A stretch of DNA of 64,000 nucleotides from Selaginella moellendorffii (GCF_000143415.4 NW_003314277.1:69426-133425), one strand, 5' to 3'; counted from the first letter of the stretch, positions 35,301-48,624 are shown. A program made the numbers and translations. Notes: generated by a model not told the origin, from the letters alone.

Positions 35301-36029
35301 TGTTTTGAGCTGCAAGTTAGCTAGCAAAAAATTCAACTGTTCAATGAATTTACAATGGGCTACTTTCTTTTACGTTTCAGATAAATGGGCACACAGATAT
35401 TTATACGGTATGGGACCGTACGTGGCAAAATTTAGATCTTGCTCGTGTCCACTGTATGTGTCGCACATCTTGTGCGGTGAAAATGGCCGAAGGCGAAACT
35501 TCTCTAGAGAATGCAAGGTGTGATATTTTGGGCTTTCGTTTCGTTTTCCAATCGAATTCGTACACGGGGATGCTCTTTTGTCTGCACAATAAGCGTGTTA
35601 ATGTAATGCAGTTAGAAAGACTCGAGTGCTCGTCTAGTGCATCAAACATGACTATCTCCCCGGTATCACGAAGAAAAAAAGGCAAATTTCAAGACTACTT
35701 TCAAACATTAAACAAGATGAAAAAAAGACTTTGTAATCCACTTGAGAGCTGGTTATCTAGTGTGGATTTGGCAAAGCTTCATTCATATACACATTTCAAA
35801 GGGATTCTCAGTATTGTTGAATGTTATGTAATCACATATTCAAGTTCTACTAAAGGAATTCCCTCTTTCTGGTGATGTTATATATGCTCTAACTTCTCAA
35901 GATCAGTCTTCTAAGTTACCTTCATCTAACAAAAACATCTTTCACAATGCACTCAATTTGCTTATGTTTAGAAAAATTAAGGATAACATATAACTCAAAG
36001 ACAAAGAAAAAAAAAGCACTTTCTAGTCC

Positions 36030-37000
36030 TCATTCCTTATTTTGTGATGGGAAAAAGTCCAATAATGGCAAGCTAACTCATTCTTGCAAACAATCACAAT
36101 AACTTTAGCTAATGAATGCAAATATAAAGCAGAGTTGAGTAAGCTTTATGTTGGGTGTCAAGCATCTTTACATGCACTTGGGTTTTTTGCTTCTTTCCAA
36201 GCAACTAAGTGGGAGGGTTCAGCTTCAACATTTTGGATTGCAAGTTTTTCATAAGAAACTACCTTAACAGGCCATGGCTCGCCCATTAATTTGATCTAGC
36301 CATTGGTAGCCATCCGATGAAGTCAAGTTCTCTGCCAAAACGTGGCTGACAACTGCCAGAACCCAGCTGCCAGCTGCTAGGTTTTGGAGAACCAGGCTAC
36401 CAGGTGCCAATTCTGGAGAACCCTTTTATCCTCAAATAACATTCTTCCATGTATTTATTAACAGTCTCGCCACAGCTTGTTAAGGCCATTCCATGGGCAC
36501 GGGCTTGCTCGTTCCCTCCAGAACTCACTTGCCAGGCTAAGACCTGGCTCGCCTGTTCTGGGCGGGAACATGCTCACCTTACCTGGGAACTCCTTCATCA
36601 CCTTTTAGCTCAATTGTCATCTTGGAGCATTGAGCATGTTCCTTACACATCAAATGATGTTGATGATATACCAATGCAGCAAGGGTTGTGGACAACTAAG
36701 AGAATCTATCCCACAGATTGCAACACAATAATGAACTTGATTAAATTGAAGGTGCAAGTCTTATTGGCTGAATTGGTAACAATTCTTATGGATTTGCCGA
36801 TTAAAAATAATGAGCCAAAGTTATTGTTTGCCAGGAAGGAGTTGACATTGAGGAGAGGAAAGTTTTACAAGATTTCCTTGGTGAGTTTTTAAATGTTTTT
36901 GCATGAGACTACTTGGAGCTGAAAGGCATTTCACCAAACATTATTATCCACAATTGAAGCAACTCAATCCTCTTCTTGAGCCATTGGTTAAGAAAAAAGT
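36030..37000 (+). mobile_element. Heavily decayed Ty3/Gypsy-like relic (RNase H-like segment followed by an RT N-terminal-like segment)
   Basis: HSLFCDG, LLAQLSSWSIEHVP..SN (RNase H-like) and ELKGISPNII (pre-RT motif). Many stops. Confidence 0.4.
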
Positions 37001-38044
37001 CCACAAATTGATAAGGAAGGCACATGCATTCCTTTTCCCACCAATGTCAAAATATATTTTCTGTCAATTTTTCTGAGTTACAAAAGGATTACATGTAACA
37101 CAGTGATTGGTATGAGACAGGAGGAGATATTTGCTATGGAAGAGAGGCTTGAGCAAGCCACATGAGATTTCTTTTAAAATATGAGCCTAAGCTTTGTCAA
37201 TAGGGACAACATCACTTTTCTGGTATATCCAAAAAGTGATTTTTATCACTGTTGATCAGATTAGATTCCTTTATTGAATGACAGCTCCAACTAGGTTGAC
37301 AGATTCAACTTCTCACTACAAATTATCAAGTATTTTTCAAAGGCATAACTTGTTTATTTAAAACATATAGACATCTTTAGAGTCACTGCAACACCTGTTT
37401 AAGCACGGGACCTTCCTAATGTTTTCTAAGCTAAGTGATAAGTTTATTTGGCACCACCATAGCATGACCATGGCTGATAATTAATTGCAGCTCACTAGGA
37501 GCTTGGTGGAGAGTAGTTACAAGCTGTTTTGCTGAGGTGTTGTTGTGGAAGTAGTGCCATGATGCTGCAAAGATGATACTTAATGTCAACATCTAACTTA
37601 CTTTCTTGGTCTTGATCCTGGAAGTTTTGGAGTAATTCTAGTACTGGTCAATTCCAGAGGTAGAAGCATTAGGCTGTAATGCAGCAGTGATAGAAGTGTC
37701 GATTCTAAATGATTGTGGGCTAAATTTTATATGGTGTGAACCCAGTGCAATTTTCAGCACAATCATCCTTCATCACACTTGACAATGCTAAGAGTACATG
37801 TTATTGGGAATGGATCCAAGGCAATGGGCAGATTTCTCTTGTCCTAGGAGCAATGTGATTCTTGGACTGTGTGTCTTCTCTAATCCATGGCTTTCACCCA
37901 CAACACCCAATGAACTTCTTCTCTTTCAGCTAACATGCCTGTTATTAATTAGCCAACATGATTTTTATTACTGAGCCTGGGATCCAACAGTCAACAGGCC
38001 TCCCCACTATCACTTTGTATATATAGAGCTTTATATATATATAG

Positions 38045-39299
38045 ACGAGCGCCAGTCCTAGAAAGCGCTTGGCCAAGCCGGCCGAGGATTCCAGCCGCTT
38101 GCACGTCAGCCAGCTCTCGAGGAATGTGAACGAGTCCCATCTCAAGGAGATTTTCGGTAGGCTCCCATGGGTTCTAGCGCGAAACTTTGATCTTTTTGCT
38201 TTGTGTAGGGAACTATGGGGATATTATTGCTGTGGATCTTGCGATGGACAAGACGGTAAGGATAAAGAACACTTCTTCCTGACAGCATTCTCGCGTAGGC
38301 TTCTCTTTTTTTTCTTCTAAATTTCCCCTCTTTCCAGGTGAATCTTCCAAAGAGATTTGCGTACGTGGATTACAAGAGCAAATCGGATGTTGAAAAAGCT
38401 CAACAGTTCATGGATGGGGTTGGCATTCTTTTTCTTTCTTTTCTTTGTTTTTTTTTTCTGTATGGACTCGTCATCAGTGTAAAGCTTACAAGAAAGGTAT
38501 CCCTGGCACGAGGGGTGTCTCCAAAACGAGACGCTGCGCCACCGCGACGAAGGCCACCAGCTTCGTCGCCGGTAAGGCGACGGTCACCTTCACCAGGATT
38601 CCGAAGGCGACGGAGGTCTCCAAACAGGTAAATTTTCTCTCGGCCGTCCTCATCGTGATTCTAATGCGCTATATGAATTTGCAGGAGCCCAATACGAAGG
38701 CCTATGGGTCGTCAGCGATCGCCAGCTCCTTACAGGCGCAGGTATGCAATAGAAAAGCTTTATGTGTTCTGAGGTTTTACCGCTGTACTATTCGCAACCA
38801 GGTCACCACTTCCAGTCAGGCGAGTACGTACACCACCACGGAGGTCTTCCCCAGTTCGACGTCGTTCAAGGACCCCTCCACCGAGGCGTATGCGCTCGCC
38901 TCCAAGGCGGATGATGCGATCGCGTTCCAGATCGCGTTCGGCTTTTAGAAGGTTTGTTGTCCTTGCTTCAAATTCTTGCTGGCTAACAGAATACTGTCTT
39001 TCCAGAGCAAGATCACCACCAAACAGGCGGGGCAGGTGAAGCTCCTACTCATCCGGATCTCCTAGTCCAGTGAGAAGAGTAAGTAGCTGTAATACTTCTC
39101 AATCCTGTTTTTGTTTTCTCACTGCTGCAAAAGCAGAGATCACCTGTCCGGGGGGGAGCAAGGAAATCTACGAGAAGCAGAAGTCCAAAGAGGTATCCTT
39201 TCGCTGTCTTCGCTTTCCACTAACTTTCTCTTTGATTGTAGAGCTACCAGCAGCAGTCCCAGCCGAAGTCCTGTTTCTCCAAAGAACACCAACCAGTAA
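38045..39299 (+). pseudogene. SR45/RNPS1-like splicing factor, 5'-truncated and missing the end of the RRM
   Basis: LHVSQLSRNVNESHLKEIFG|NYG..|VNLPKRFAYVDY..FMDG followed by RS/SP-rich exons. No start exon and no GQIDG exon seen. Confidence 0.7.
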
Positions 39300-40173
39300 G
39301 CTCTCAAACTGCAATCAATTCAGAACAAGAACAGTCTTAATTCTTGAGGTTGTGACAGGGCAACGAAAGCCAAGTGAGCTGCGGGCTGCAAAGTCGATTC
39401 CACAGCGAGTCCCTCAACCTCTCTGCCCAGCATTTTTCCTGCATTATTTATTTTTGTATAAGCATGTTTAATAGCCTGCTTGCTTGCTTGCATTCTTTCT
39501 TTTCGACTTACTGATAGTTTGTTTGCGCTTGAAATTGCATGGCTGTGTGCTTTTGTCGAGATAGACTTTTGATGAAATACAACCTCTCTTTTGGCTTGGA
39601 GTTCGAGAGCACGGCTTTTTCGCGTTTGTTTCCAACGCCTGTGGCTACAAAGGATAAAGGTTTCCACATTTTGACACCTCTGCTTCAGAAACACAGCTTT
39701 GTGGACACCTTTGTTTTTGGCAGTGGTCCCAGTAAATTGTTCTTGTGCTTCCTGGCAGATGATAAGGAGCTTGAGAGATTGACACCTCTGAGGCAAACAT
39801 CATCCACCCAGAGGCAAGCTTGAACACGTCCTCAACAATGGCATGGTTAACATGCTTTGTAAAGATTATGGTTTTGTTTACCTGCGCCATCTTGCTGGGC
39901 CTCTCGACGATCTAGTTAATCTGTGTCCAGAAGGCACGTCATTAAAATGTTAAACCGAATTCAAAGCACCATTCGGAAATCAACTTTGACTATGGGTTGA
40001 CCGGGCAAGCAAGACTTTGTCCCAATTGTTTTGCACGAGGGAAAAGGTGGCTGAAGCAGTGGTGAAGGTGCAAATTCCAACTTCATCACGTCACCTTTGC
40101 AAATATGCCACTTGGGCTATGTTGAGATGGTTGTTATTATTTTGCTAAGTTTCTATATGAAACCATGAACTAT

Positions 40174-40483
40174 TTAGGAGGAGCCAGAGAACGTCGCCTT
40201 GAGCTGCCGGACCGCATTCTCATCAATAAAGAACGTCTTGATGAGCACCTCGTCCAGGATGTCCGATCCAAACATGGAGCTTGCAATGAGCTGGATGCCC
40301 GGTGACTGCGAATCCAGCGTCACGACGGCCATGGCGGTGGTGTTGCCAACGTTGAGCTGCCAGTGGATCAAACCCCGCGGGAAGATCATCACGTCGCCTT
40401 TGGAGATGACCCAAGCAAAGAGCTGGTTCTGGGTGGTGACGAATCCGGCGTACAAGCTCCCTTCCACGACGTAGATGATCTCC
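40174..40483 (-). pseudogene. C-terminal half of a second germin-like gene
   Basis: Near-identical to 40491-40790. Begins abruptly at EIIYVVEG a few bp after the intact gene's stop. Confidence 0.85.
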
Positions 40484-40490
40484 GAACTAT

Positions 40491-41132
40491 TTAGGAAAAT
40501 GTAGCCTTGAGCTGCCGAACTGCATTCTCATCAATAAAGAAGGTCTTGACGAGCACCTCGTCCAGGATGTCCGATCCAAACATGGAGCTTGCGATAAGCT
40601 GGAAGCCCGGTGACTGCGAATCCAGCGTCACGATGGCCATGGCGGTGGTGTTACCAACGTTGAGCTGCCAGTGGATCAAACCCCGCGGGAAGATCATCAC
40701 GTCGCCTTTGGAGATGACCCGAGCAAAGAGCTGGTTCTGGGTGGTGACGAATCCGGCGTACAAGCTCCCTTCCACGACGTAGATGATCTCTGAGCCTCGC
40801 GGGTGCGTGTGTGGAGGGATGAGACCGCCGGGAGCAAAGTCGAGCCTGGCTATGGAGAGGCCGAGAGAGTTGAGCCCCGGATAACTGTGGACGAAGCCAA
40901 ACACCGCGTCGGCTCTCGATGGGCCGCTGGTGTTTGCGGAGTTTCGAAGGCCCGAGAAGATGAAATCCTCGGTGGTGGTGTTGGCTGCTCGCTTGCAAGG
41001 GTAGCCATTGAGGGTGAGGTCCTTTGCGAGGTCGGCCACACAAAAGTCCTGGAGGGGATCGGCGTCGGAGGCTGTGATCACCTGGAAGATTGGTGCTGCG
41101 ATGACGAGAAATTGGAGGAGTGTGATCATCAT
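40491..41132 (-). CDS. Germin-like protein (cupin), intronless, with signal peptide
   Basis: DADPLQDFCVAD, germin box PPHTHPRGSE, FPRGLIHWQ. Confidence 0.95.
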   Translation of the reverse strand: MMITLLQFLVIAAPIFQVITASDADPLQDFCVADLAKDLTLNGYPCKRAANTTTEDFIFSGLRNSANTSGPSRADAVFGFVHSYPGLNSLGLSIARLDFAPGGLIPPHTHPRGSEIIYVVEGSLYAGFVTTQNQLFARVISKGDVMIFPRGLIHWQLNVGNTTAMAIVTLDSQSPGFQLIASSMFGSDILDEVLVKTFFIDENAVRQLKATFS

Positions 41133-42101
41133 TGTGTTCTTGAGTGATCCATGGAACTTGAGGAAACAAACGAGAGAGATGAATTAGAAGAGTGACCTCT
41201 TTCTTTGATTGAGTTGTGAGATGGTTGTGAAAGTATTTAAAAGATGGAAAGGCTTGGAGAAGGTTCCATGAAACACAGCAGTTGCGATGGGATCCGTCAC
41301 TCTGTGTTTGACAATGTGGTGCTCTGCCCACGTCTTATATATTACTTCTTGTATCCTTTGAAGTGGGCCACTACTTATTGAATAAATCTTTGCAGCGTTG
41401 GTTGAAGAAATCTTACTTACGTCATTATTATTAATATTTTATAAGAAATTTATCTGTAACTTTAGAATATTCTTCATTCTAATGGTTGTAATTTTTTCTG
41501 CCATTCAACTTTTTCTAATTTGAATTTTCTTAGTTAAATTAGTATAAATAATGTGTTTATGTTTTGAAACCATTAAAACTATAATTTTGTCACTCCTATG
41601 AATCATCTTTAGAAAATAACAAATGATACCAGTTTTAATAAAATTCAGTAACTCCATTTGTCACCTAAAATTTTAGAAGTGCTTAAAATGTATAAATTAT
41701 TTGTTTTGTGTCTAAAGGCCATTAATTTTTTTCTCTTTCCACTACTTTAGTACATTCTAAGATAAACAATTCAATTTATACAAAAGATCAATAAAGTTGA
41801 AGTGCAAAATAATGAAATAGTAGTTAAAAATTATAATTAATATTTTCTATATACTCTCCAATTTCTAAAATGGTTTGGATCATTTAAATTTTTTTTATAA
41901 CTTAGAGTTTTGTTTTACACTTCTAAACAAGATTTATTACTATTTCTAAATTATTTCATCCAAACATTAAAAAATTTAAACTTATCCACAGCGATATATA
42001 ATAAAAATCATACAAAAATCATAGGAATGATTATAATGTAGGACAATGTGAAAAATATTTTTATTAAAGATGAAAATTATTTAATTTAAATGTGTAAGAT
42101 T

Positions 42102-42121
42102 TGTGTGTGTGTGTGTGTGTG

Positions 42122-42158
<37 letters not shown>

Positions 42159-42211
42159 GTATGTGTGTGTATGTATATATATCTATGTGTGTGTGTGTGT
42201 GTGTGTGTATA
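42102..42211. repeat. Compound (TG)n/(TC)n/(TA)n microsatellite
   Basis: Directly visible; abuts the 5' LTR. Confidence 0.95.
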
Positions 42212-45200
42212 TGTGAGGGCCAAGTGTACGGTTACGATGCCGTATACTAATATTAGCGTAGTGGCTGTCGGATTGGTTTCAATCTGGACCATTCGCTCTT
42301 GTATATAAGCTAAGGTTTTTGGGCTAATTAATATGCACATTTTTATATTCCCTTTCCATATTCTAAGCACTCACATTGGTGGAGATGAGGGGCACTTTTG
42401 ATTGTCCCTAAGAAGTACTTGAATTTGGGATTTTGGTTTAGACCTAGCTTTTGCATCGTCTAAATCTAACTTTTTCCATTTTCTTTCTTTTTGCTATTTC
42501 TTTTCAGGGTTTTAGTTTAGATTTAGCTTTTTGCATTGTCTAGATCTACCATTTCCTTCTAGCTTTTTGTCATTTCTCTTCTTTTTCTCTTTTTTTTTCG
42601 TTCATCTTCATGGCAGATTAACAATCTCCTCTTTTGACTCTAGAGCAGCAGTTGGTACAATTGCTTGATACTATGCGCTTGCAATTGAACAACCAAACTC
42701 AGTTGATGGTAGCGTTCACGGCACGTGGTACAACTCCTCCTGCTCTTGGTGCCAATCCTTGCGTTCGACCGGAGTTCTTTCGCGGGAATCCTGGGGATGA
42801 TGTGTACCATTGGTTTAATCACTTCACGATGATTGCCACATATCATTCTTGGGATGATGCTCGACGGTTGCGTGAGTTTCCCACGTGTCTTCAAAGGGCG
42901 GCGTTGCAGTGGTACAATGGTTTGAGCGCAGCCACTTGTGGGGATTGGAGTGTTCTCCCGGACGTCTTCAAACGCGCCTTCGAACATGCCGATGATTTTG
43001 ATGATGCTTTCCAACAATTGCATCGTCTTTGCCAAGGGCCATCTGAGTCGGTGATGCAATTTGGCGTTCGTTTCCAAAGTCTTTTGCTTCGTGCAGAGCC
43101 AAATATGTCGGAGCGGATTAAGCTAGGAATGTTGTGGCCAGCACTTCATCAAGATCTTGTCGGACTTGTGCATGCACTTGCTCCTGCCACCCTTGACAAT
43201 GCTCTTCACTTGGCACAACGTTATGAGACGTCGCCTTTTCCACTTCTCGCTGCACGTTCTTCAGCTCCACTTCTTATGGGTGATGGTCCTGTTCCAATGG
43301 AGGTTGATGCTGCTGCTGCTCGAGTCCAAGGACAAGCGCGAGGACGTGGTCGTAGCCGTGATGTTCGCTGCTGGGTGTGTGATGAAGTTGGTCATACTTA
43401 TCGGCATTGCTATCGTTTTCCAGATTGGCGACCTCCATTCCTGGGTGGAGACCTTGGCGTCAGCAACGTCTTATGGGTGTTGCTGCAGTGGAAGGTCTGG
43501 ACACCGAGATGCATCCGGGAAACGAGGAGTCGTGCAAGTAACGGAGGGACCTTGTGCGAATAAATTAGTGACCCCTCCATCTTTCTTTCAGGAGTATCAT
43601 CAAGGGGTTCACTCGGCACCGGTTCATCCAGTGTTTACTTTCTAAGCTCGTTTTTATAACAAAAGGTCTCCTATTATTCTCTCCGTATTGGTTGATACAG
43701 GTTTGAGTTTATCTTCTATTGCTCGACTTGTTGCCACACGTTGTCGTCTACACTTGCGTCATGCGGCGGAACCAGTTTTCATTCTTTATGGCAACGGCCA
43801 TACACATGCATGTGCACGGGATGAGGTGGACCTGGTTGTGCGTGTGGGCGATCTCAAGCTTGAGTTGCAGTCATTGCGGGTGGTGCCGAGTCAAGCTTTT
43901 GACTTCATTCTTGGTATGGATTGGTTGCAACACAATCCTGCCAAGTGTGACTTTGAGGTTTCTCCCCCTTGTCTCATACTTCCTTATGTTTCATCCATTC
44001 CTCTTACTTCCATACCTCTTCGTCCCTCTACTTCTACCTCTGCTTCCATTACTTCTGTTCCCCCACTCTTTCCTTCTGTGTTTCCATTTTGTTTTGTTTT
44101 TCCCTTTTCCAATCCCTCCGATGATCTTTGTGTTGCAGCAATTGATCAGCACAAAATAAATAAGGCCATCTTCAAGGCGATATTGAGAATGTAAATGCCT
44201 GAAAGGCAAGTCATCAGCAAGTGATGCAGGATTCTCAAACCCATCTCAAAACCTTCGAATCCACAGCTCAATCTTTTGAGCCTCGCGAACCTCAATAAAA
44301 GAAGGTAGATTTTGCTCTACACCTTGTGGACATTGAACGTTAAGGACAGCAACTACTGACGACACAGAATCCTCATCTAGAAAATCCACAGATGCTGACA
44401 CTCACAATCCGGAGATCAGATGAAAGATGACGTTGATGACTTCAGCAATGCTCGCAATGGTGTAGTGCGATCGGAAAGATGATCCACAAAACAACCAAGA
44501 TATTGCACCTTACCCAAAAAGCACTGCACACCATTCACTTTGAAGTAGGGAACTTTAGAACAGCCACAAGTTTGTCAGGATTAACTTGCAAACCCTCACG
44601 AGAAATACGGTACCCAAGATAAGTTGTGTCCTTGGACCCAAACACGCACTTTGACTGCTTCAGCTTTAAACCAACGTTGTATAGTCGATCCAACACTTTA
44701 CAAATATCACGAACGTACTCCTCCCACATCCCCTCCGAGTGGATCAAGACATCATCAATGAAGTCAGCAGTCACCTCTGGTATATCGCAAAGAACCTCGT
44801 CCATCATCCGCTGGAAAGTTGCTGGAGCATTGTTCAAACCAAACGACATCACCAAGAACTCGTACAAACCAAATGGTGTACAAAAAGCAGTCTTATGAAT
44901 ATCTTCTTCGGCCATCGGTACTTGCCAATACCCAGAAATAAGATTTAGCTTGGTGAACCAACGACTTCGCCCCAAACGATCCAAGAGATCAGCAGTGTGA
45001 GGAAGAGGATACACATCTGGAATCGTCACTTCGTTTAACGGATGATAGTCGATGCAGAAACGAATACTCCCATCAGGCTTTGTTACAAGATGAGGTTTAC
45101 ATGCCCAAGGACTTCGTGACTTCCGAATAACACTCTTCTCCAGCATTTCCTTAACGTTTGCTTGTAAAATCTTGATCTCCTTAGGTGATCGACGACGAAC

Positions 45201-46740
45201 AGGAACCTTGATTGGACGAGCATCCCCGGTTGGAATCGGATGACGTGTGGCAATCTTAGCCCCAGACGATAGATCAAATTCAAAGAGATCAGAATACTCC
45301 TTCATGTGGGGACGGATCCTGATGATCATTTACGGCTGGTGGTGCCTTCGGTGTTTATTCCGCGATTTCTCCATGCCTACCATGATTCTCTTGTTCTAGG
45401 TGGGCATATAGGACACCGTCGTGTCACCGAAAAACTGTGCAGGTCTTTCTATTGGCCGGAGATGCGATGTGATATTATCCGGTATGTGCGTAGCTGTGTT
45501 TGGTGCCAAGCTCGTAATACTCCCCCTCGTGCTGTGGAAGGACGGTTGGAGTCAATTGCAGTTTCCCGTCCGTTTGAGTTAGTGGCGTTTGATCTTATGG
45601 GACTTTTCCACGGTTGATTGCTGGTAATGAGTATGTTATTTTTGCTTCTGACTACTTGACTCGTTGGGTGGAAGTTGGTGCTCTTGCTAGCGCCTTTGCA
45701 ACTGCTGTTAGATACTTCTTCCTCAATCGAGTGGTGTTCCAGCATTCTTGTCCAGAGCGGATTCTTTTGGATAATGGTCCCGCATTTATGGCTAAGGCAT
45801 TTCATGTTTTGACGTCTCAATTAGGGATATGCCACACTTTCACGAGTGCTTATCATCCACAATCAGACGGTCTGGTGGAATGGTTTGTTCAGACATTCAA
45901 GGGGATGATTGCGAAGTATGTGAACTTTTAGCATTCGGATTGGGATGGTTATTTGCCATCTCTTCGGTATGCATATGTTACAGGGGTGCAAAGTTCTATT
46001 GGTGCTTCACCATATAAACTTCTATATGGTCATGATCCAATATTACCAATGGAGTTGGGTTTACCTTCGCGATTGCCACGAGCTGCAGATGCTAGATCAT
46101 GGGATCGGTATTTAACGAGCATTCTTCCACTTGTTCGAGCAAAGTCTGCCGAACACTTAGGCTGCGTACAAGTGGGACAACAACGACATTACAACTCCCA
46201 TCATCGTCCACCTATGGAGTACAAAGTGGATGATTTGGTGTTAGTTCGTTTTCCCCATCTTACAGTACGTGGTTTATCTAAGGGGCTTCTTGTGCAATGG
46301 AAAGGACCGTATTGGGTGTTGCGGCAAGTTGGACCACAAGTTTATGAGGTTCGGCATGACGTTCAGCAGGCCGATCCTCCAGAAATTGTGCATGTGCAAT
46401 GGCTAAAACGTTTCGTACAAAGGGATCAAAAGGAGTTAATACCACCTACAAATCCACCGATGCCTCCTTTTTACATTCCTCCGGATCCCGGCCCATCTTC
46501 AAGAGAACCTTGATGGTCTTCCATTATCCCAAGAGGAGGGGATGATGTGAGGGCCAAGTGTACGGTTACGATGCCGTATACTAATATTAGCGTAATGGGA
46601 TTTTGGTAGCCGTTCGATTGGTTTCAATTTGGACCACTCACTCTTGTATATAAGCTAAGGTTTTTGGGCTAATAAATATGCACATTTCTGTATTCCCTTT
46701 CCATATATATATATATATATATAAATAAGTGCTTGGAATA
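42212..46740 (+). mobile_element. Ty3/Gypsy LTR retrotransposon with short (~165 bp) LTRs and an inverted RT segment; defective
   Basis: 5' LTR 42212-42375 (TGTGAG...CTCACA). PBS TGGTGGAGATGAGGGG at 42377. gag with CCHC knuckle (CWVCDEVGHTYRHC), protease LVDTG...ILGMDWL. RT (FIDD) on the minus strand, 44535-45308. Integrase HHCC, core and GPY at 45309-46513. PPT 46531-46542; 3' LTR from 46546. Confidence 0.95.
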
Positions 46741-46763
46741 TGGAAAGGGAATACAGAAATGTG

Positions 46764-46775
46764 CATATATATATC

Positions 46776-46818
<43 letters not shown>

Positions 46819-46860
46819 GTATATGTATATGTATCTGTGTATATATTGTGTGTGTATGTA
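46764..46860. repeat. (TA)/(TG)/(TATGTG)n microsatellite
   Basis: Directly visible on the right flank of the element. Confidence 0.9.
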
Positions 46861-48624
46861 TTACACTGGCTACATACTACATTAATTATAGTATTATAGC
46901 ATATAGACCATTAAGGATTAAATCTAGTCCATCCACTCTTGTATATAAGTCTAAACCCCAATCAATATACTTATCTTGAGCACTCAAGCATAAAATGCAA
47001 AAATATTCATAAAGATATTATTGATATCAAGGAATTGCAAAAATAAAAATAATTTATTCTTTATATTGTAATGCACCTTATGTCTCTCCAATTGAAAAAG
47101 GGTATTATAACAATATACTAGCACTTGCCTAGCATATGCTGTGTAATTAGCAAAATACTGTTTTGATTTTTTAATATATTAAAAACTAAATTAGAATAGT
47201 ATTGAAACAACAAATATTATATTCCACTTTAATTGAGAGAATTATGCCTAGAAAATGTTAGATGAATCAAAAATAAATTCTTGTAAACTTGATAATGTAA
47301 CTATTTAGAACAAAATATATTCATTCATAAAAATATTATATACAAATTATTATTTAGAAATATGAATATATTTTAGAACAAATTGACAAATAAAAAATTA
47401 AAAACAAATAAAAGAGAATAATTAGTGTAAAAAATTAATTAATTATAAGTTTTACTCAAAATATAAAACAATAAGTTTTTAGGAACATTAATATATTACT
47501 ACCCAGATCCAATCAAAAAAATAATTATTTGTAAATATATATAATAAATTCAAATCTTATATTCCATAGTATTATATACTATAAATTAGTAAAAATATTT
47601 TAAAATATTATTGTTTAATCAAATACTACATACATTATCGTAGTTTTTTCTGACAATTATAAATAACTAAGGCTACATATAAAAATATAATATGTAATTT
47701 TATTGTTAAAGCCCCCCACAGTTGTGATTTAGCCAAAAAATGATGTCTGTTTGAGAGAAACCCTAATCATCTAGTAATAAACCTTACATTTTAACTTCTA
47801 ATATGGTTTCAACATTTTGATCTTTTGCACTTTTGATCTAATGTGGTTTATAATTAAAGTGACTACTTTTGAGTGAGGATAGGCAGATTCCTGTGCAAAA
47901 TGCCTGTGAAAAATTAAGTTAGATTTGTGAGGTTCATGAGATTTGGGGAGTTCTCATCATGACTTATTTTTCACTCTTTGTTCTCAAGTAACGAACTTTG
48001 AACTACAGTCTATATTGCGGTGGGGGGGAGGCAGGGTTTCACTGTGAGTTAGTTCAACTTGGAATTTTTCTCACACCTCTTACTGCCATTTTCATCAGGA
48101 TATACAGCAAAAAATAGGTCGGGAGATACAAAGTGTCTCCTTATTAACTGGAACTGGTTTCATTGGAATTCTTTGCAAGTTAAGACGCTTTTTCGACCGA
48201 TTGTGTCTAAAAGGCCCCTGCCTCACGCTGTTCTTGAGTCACTAAAAGACATCAACGTTTGATGCAGGAGACATTTAATGGGAAAATGTTCTCGATCTTC
48301 AGCTGCATGCTCAAGTTCCTCCAGGAGCTCACCGCCATCCGGACTTCGAGAGCGCCCGGCTGGTAGTGACGGACATAGTGAACGCATCCAAAGTGTATTC
48401 CAGCTTCTTATCTTCAGTGGGAGCATCAGCAAATGATGATGATGAGAGGCAGATGATCGTCGTGGATGGCTGGCTGGAGTTTGAGGCCGTAGCTCGAATC
48501 GCTGTGCACATCAAGGAGAGTAGACGTGCTGCTACTAGAAAAGACCGATGGCTTCTAGTGTGGTAAGAAAAAGTTCCATGTAACTGATTTGGTTTCCTTT
48601 TGTTAGAGCTATGGCCCCAGTGAC

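Noticed and set aside
42090-46979. Cys/Val-rich ORFs 42090-42308 and 46740-46979
   Set aside because: Translations of microsatellites.
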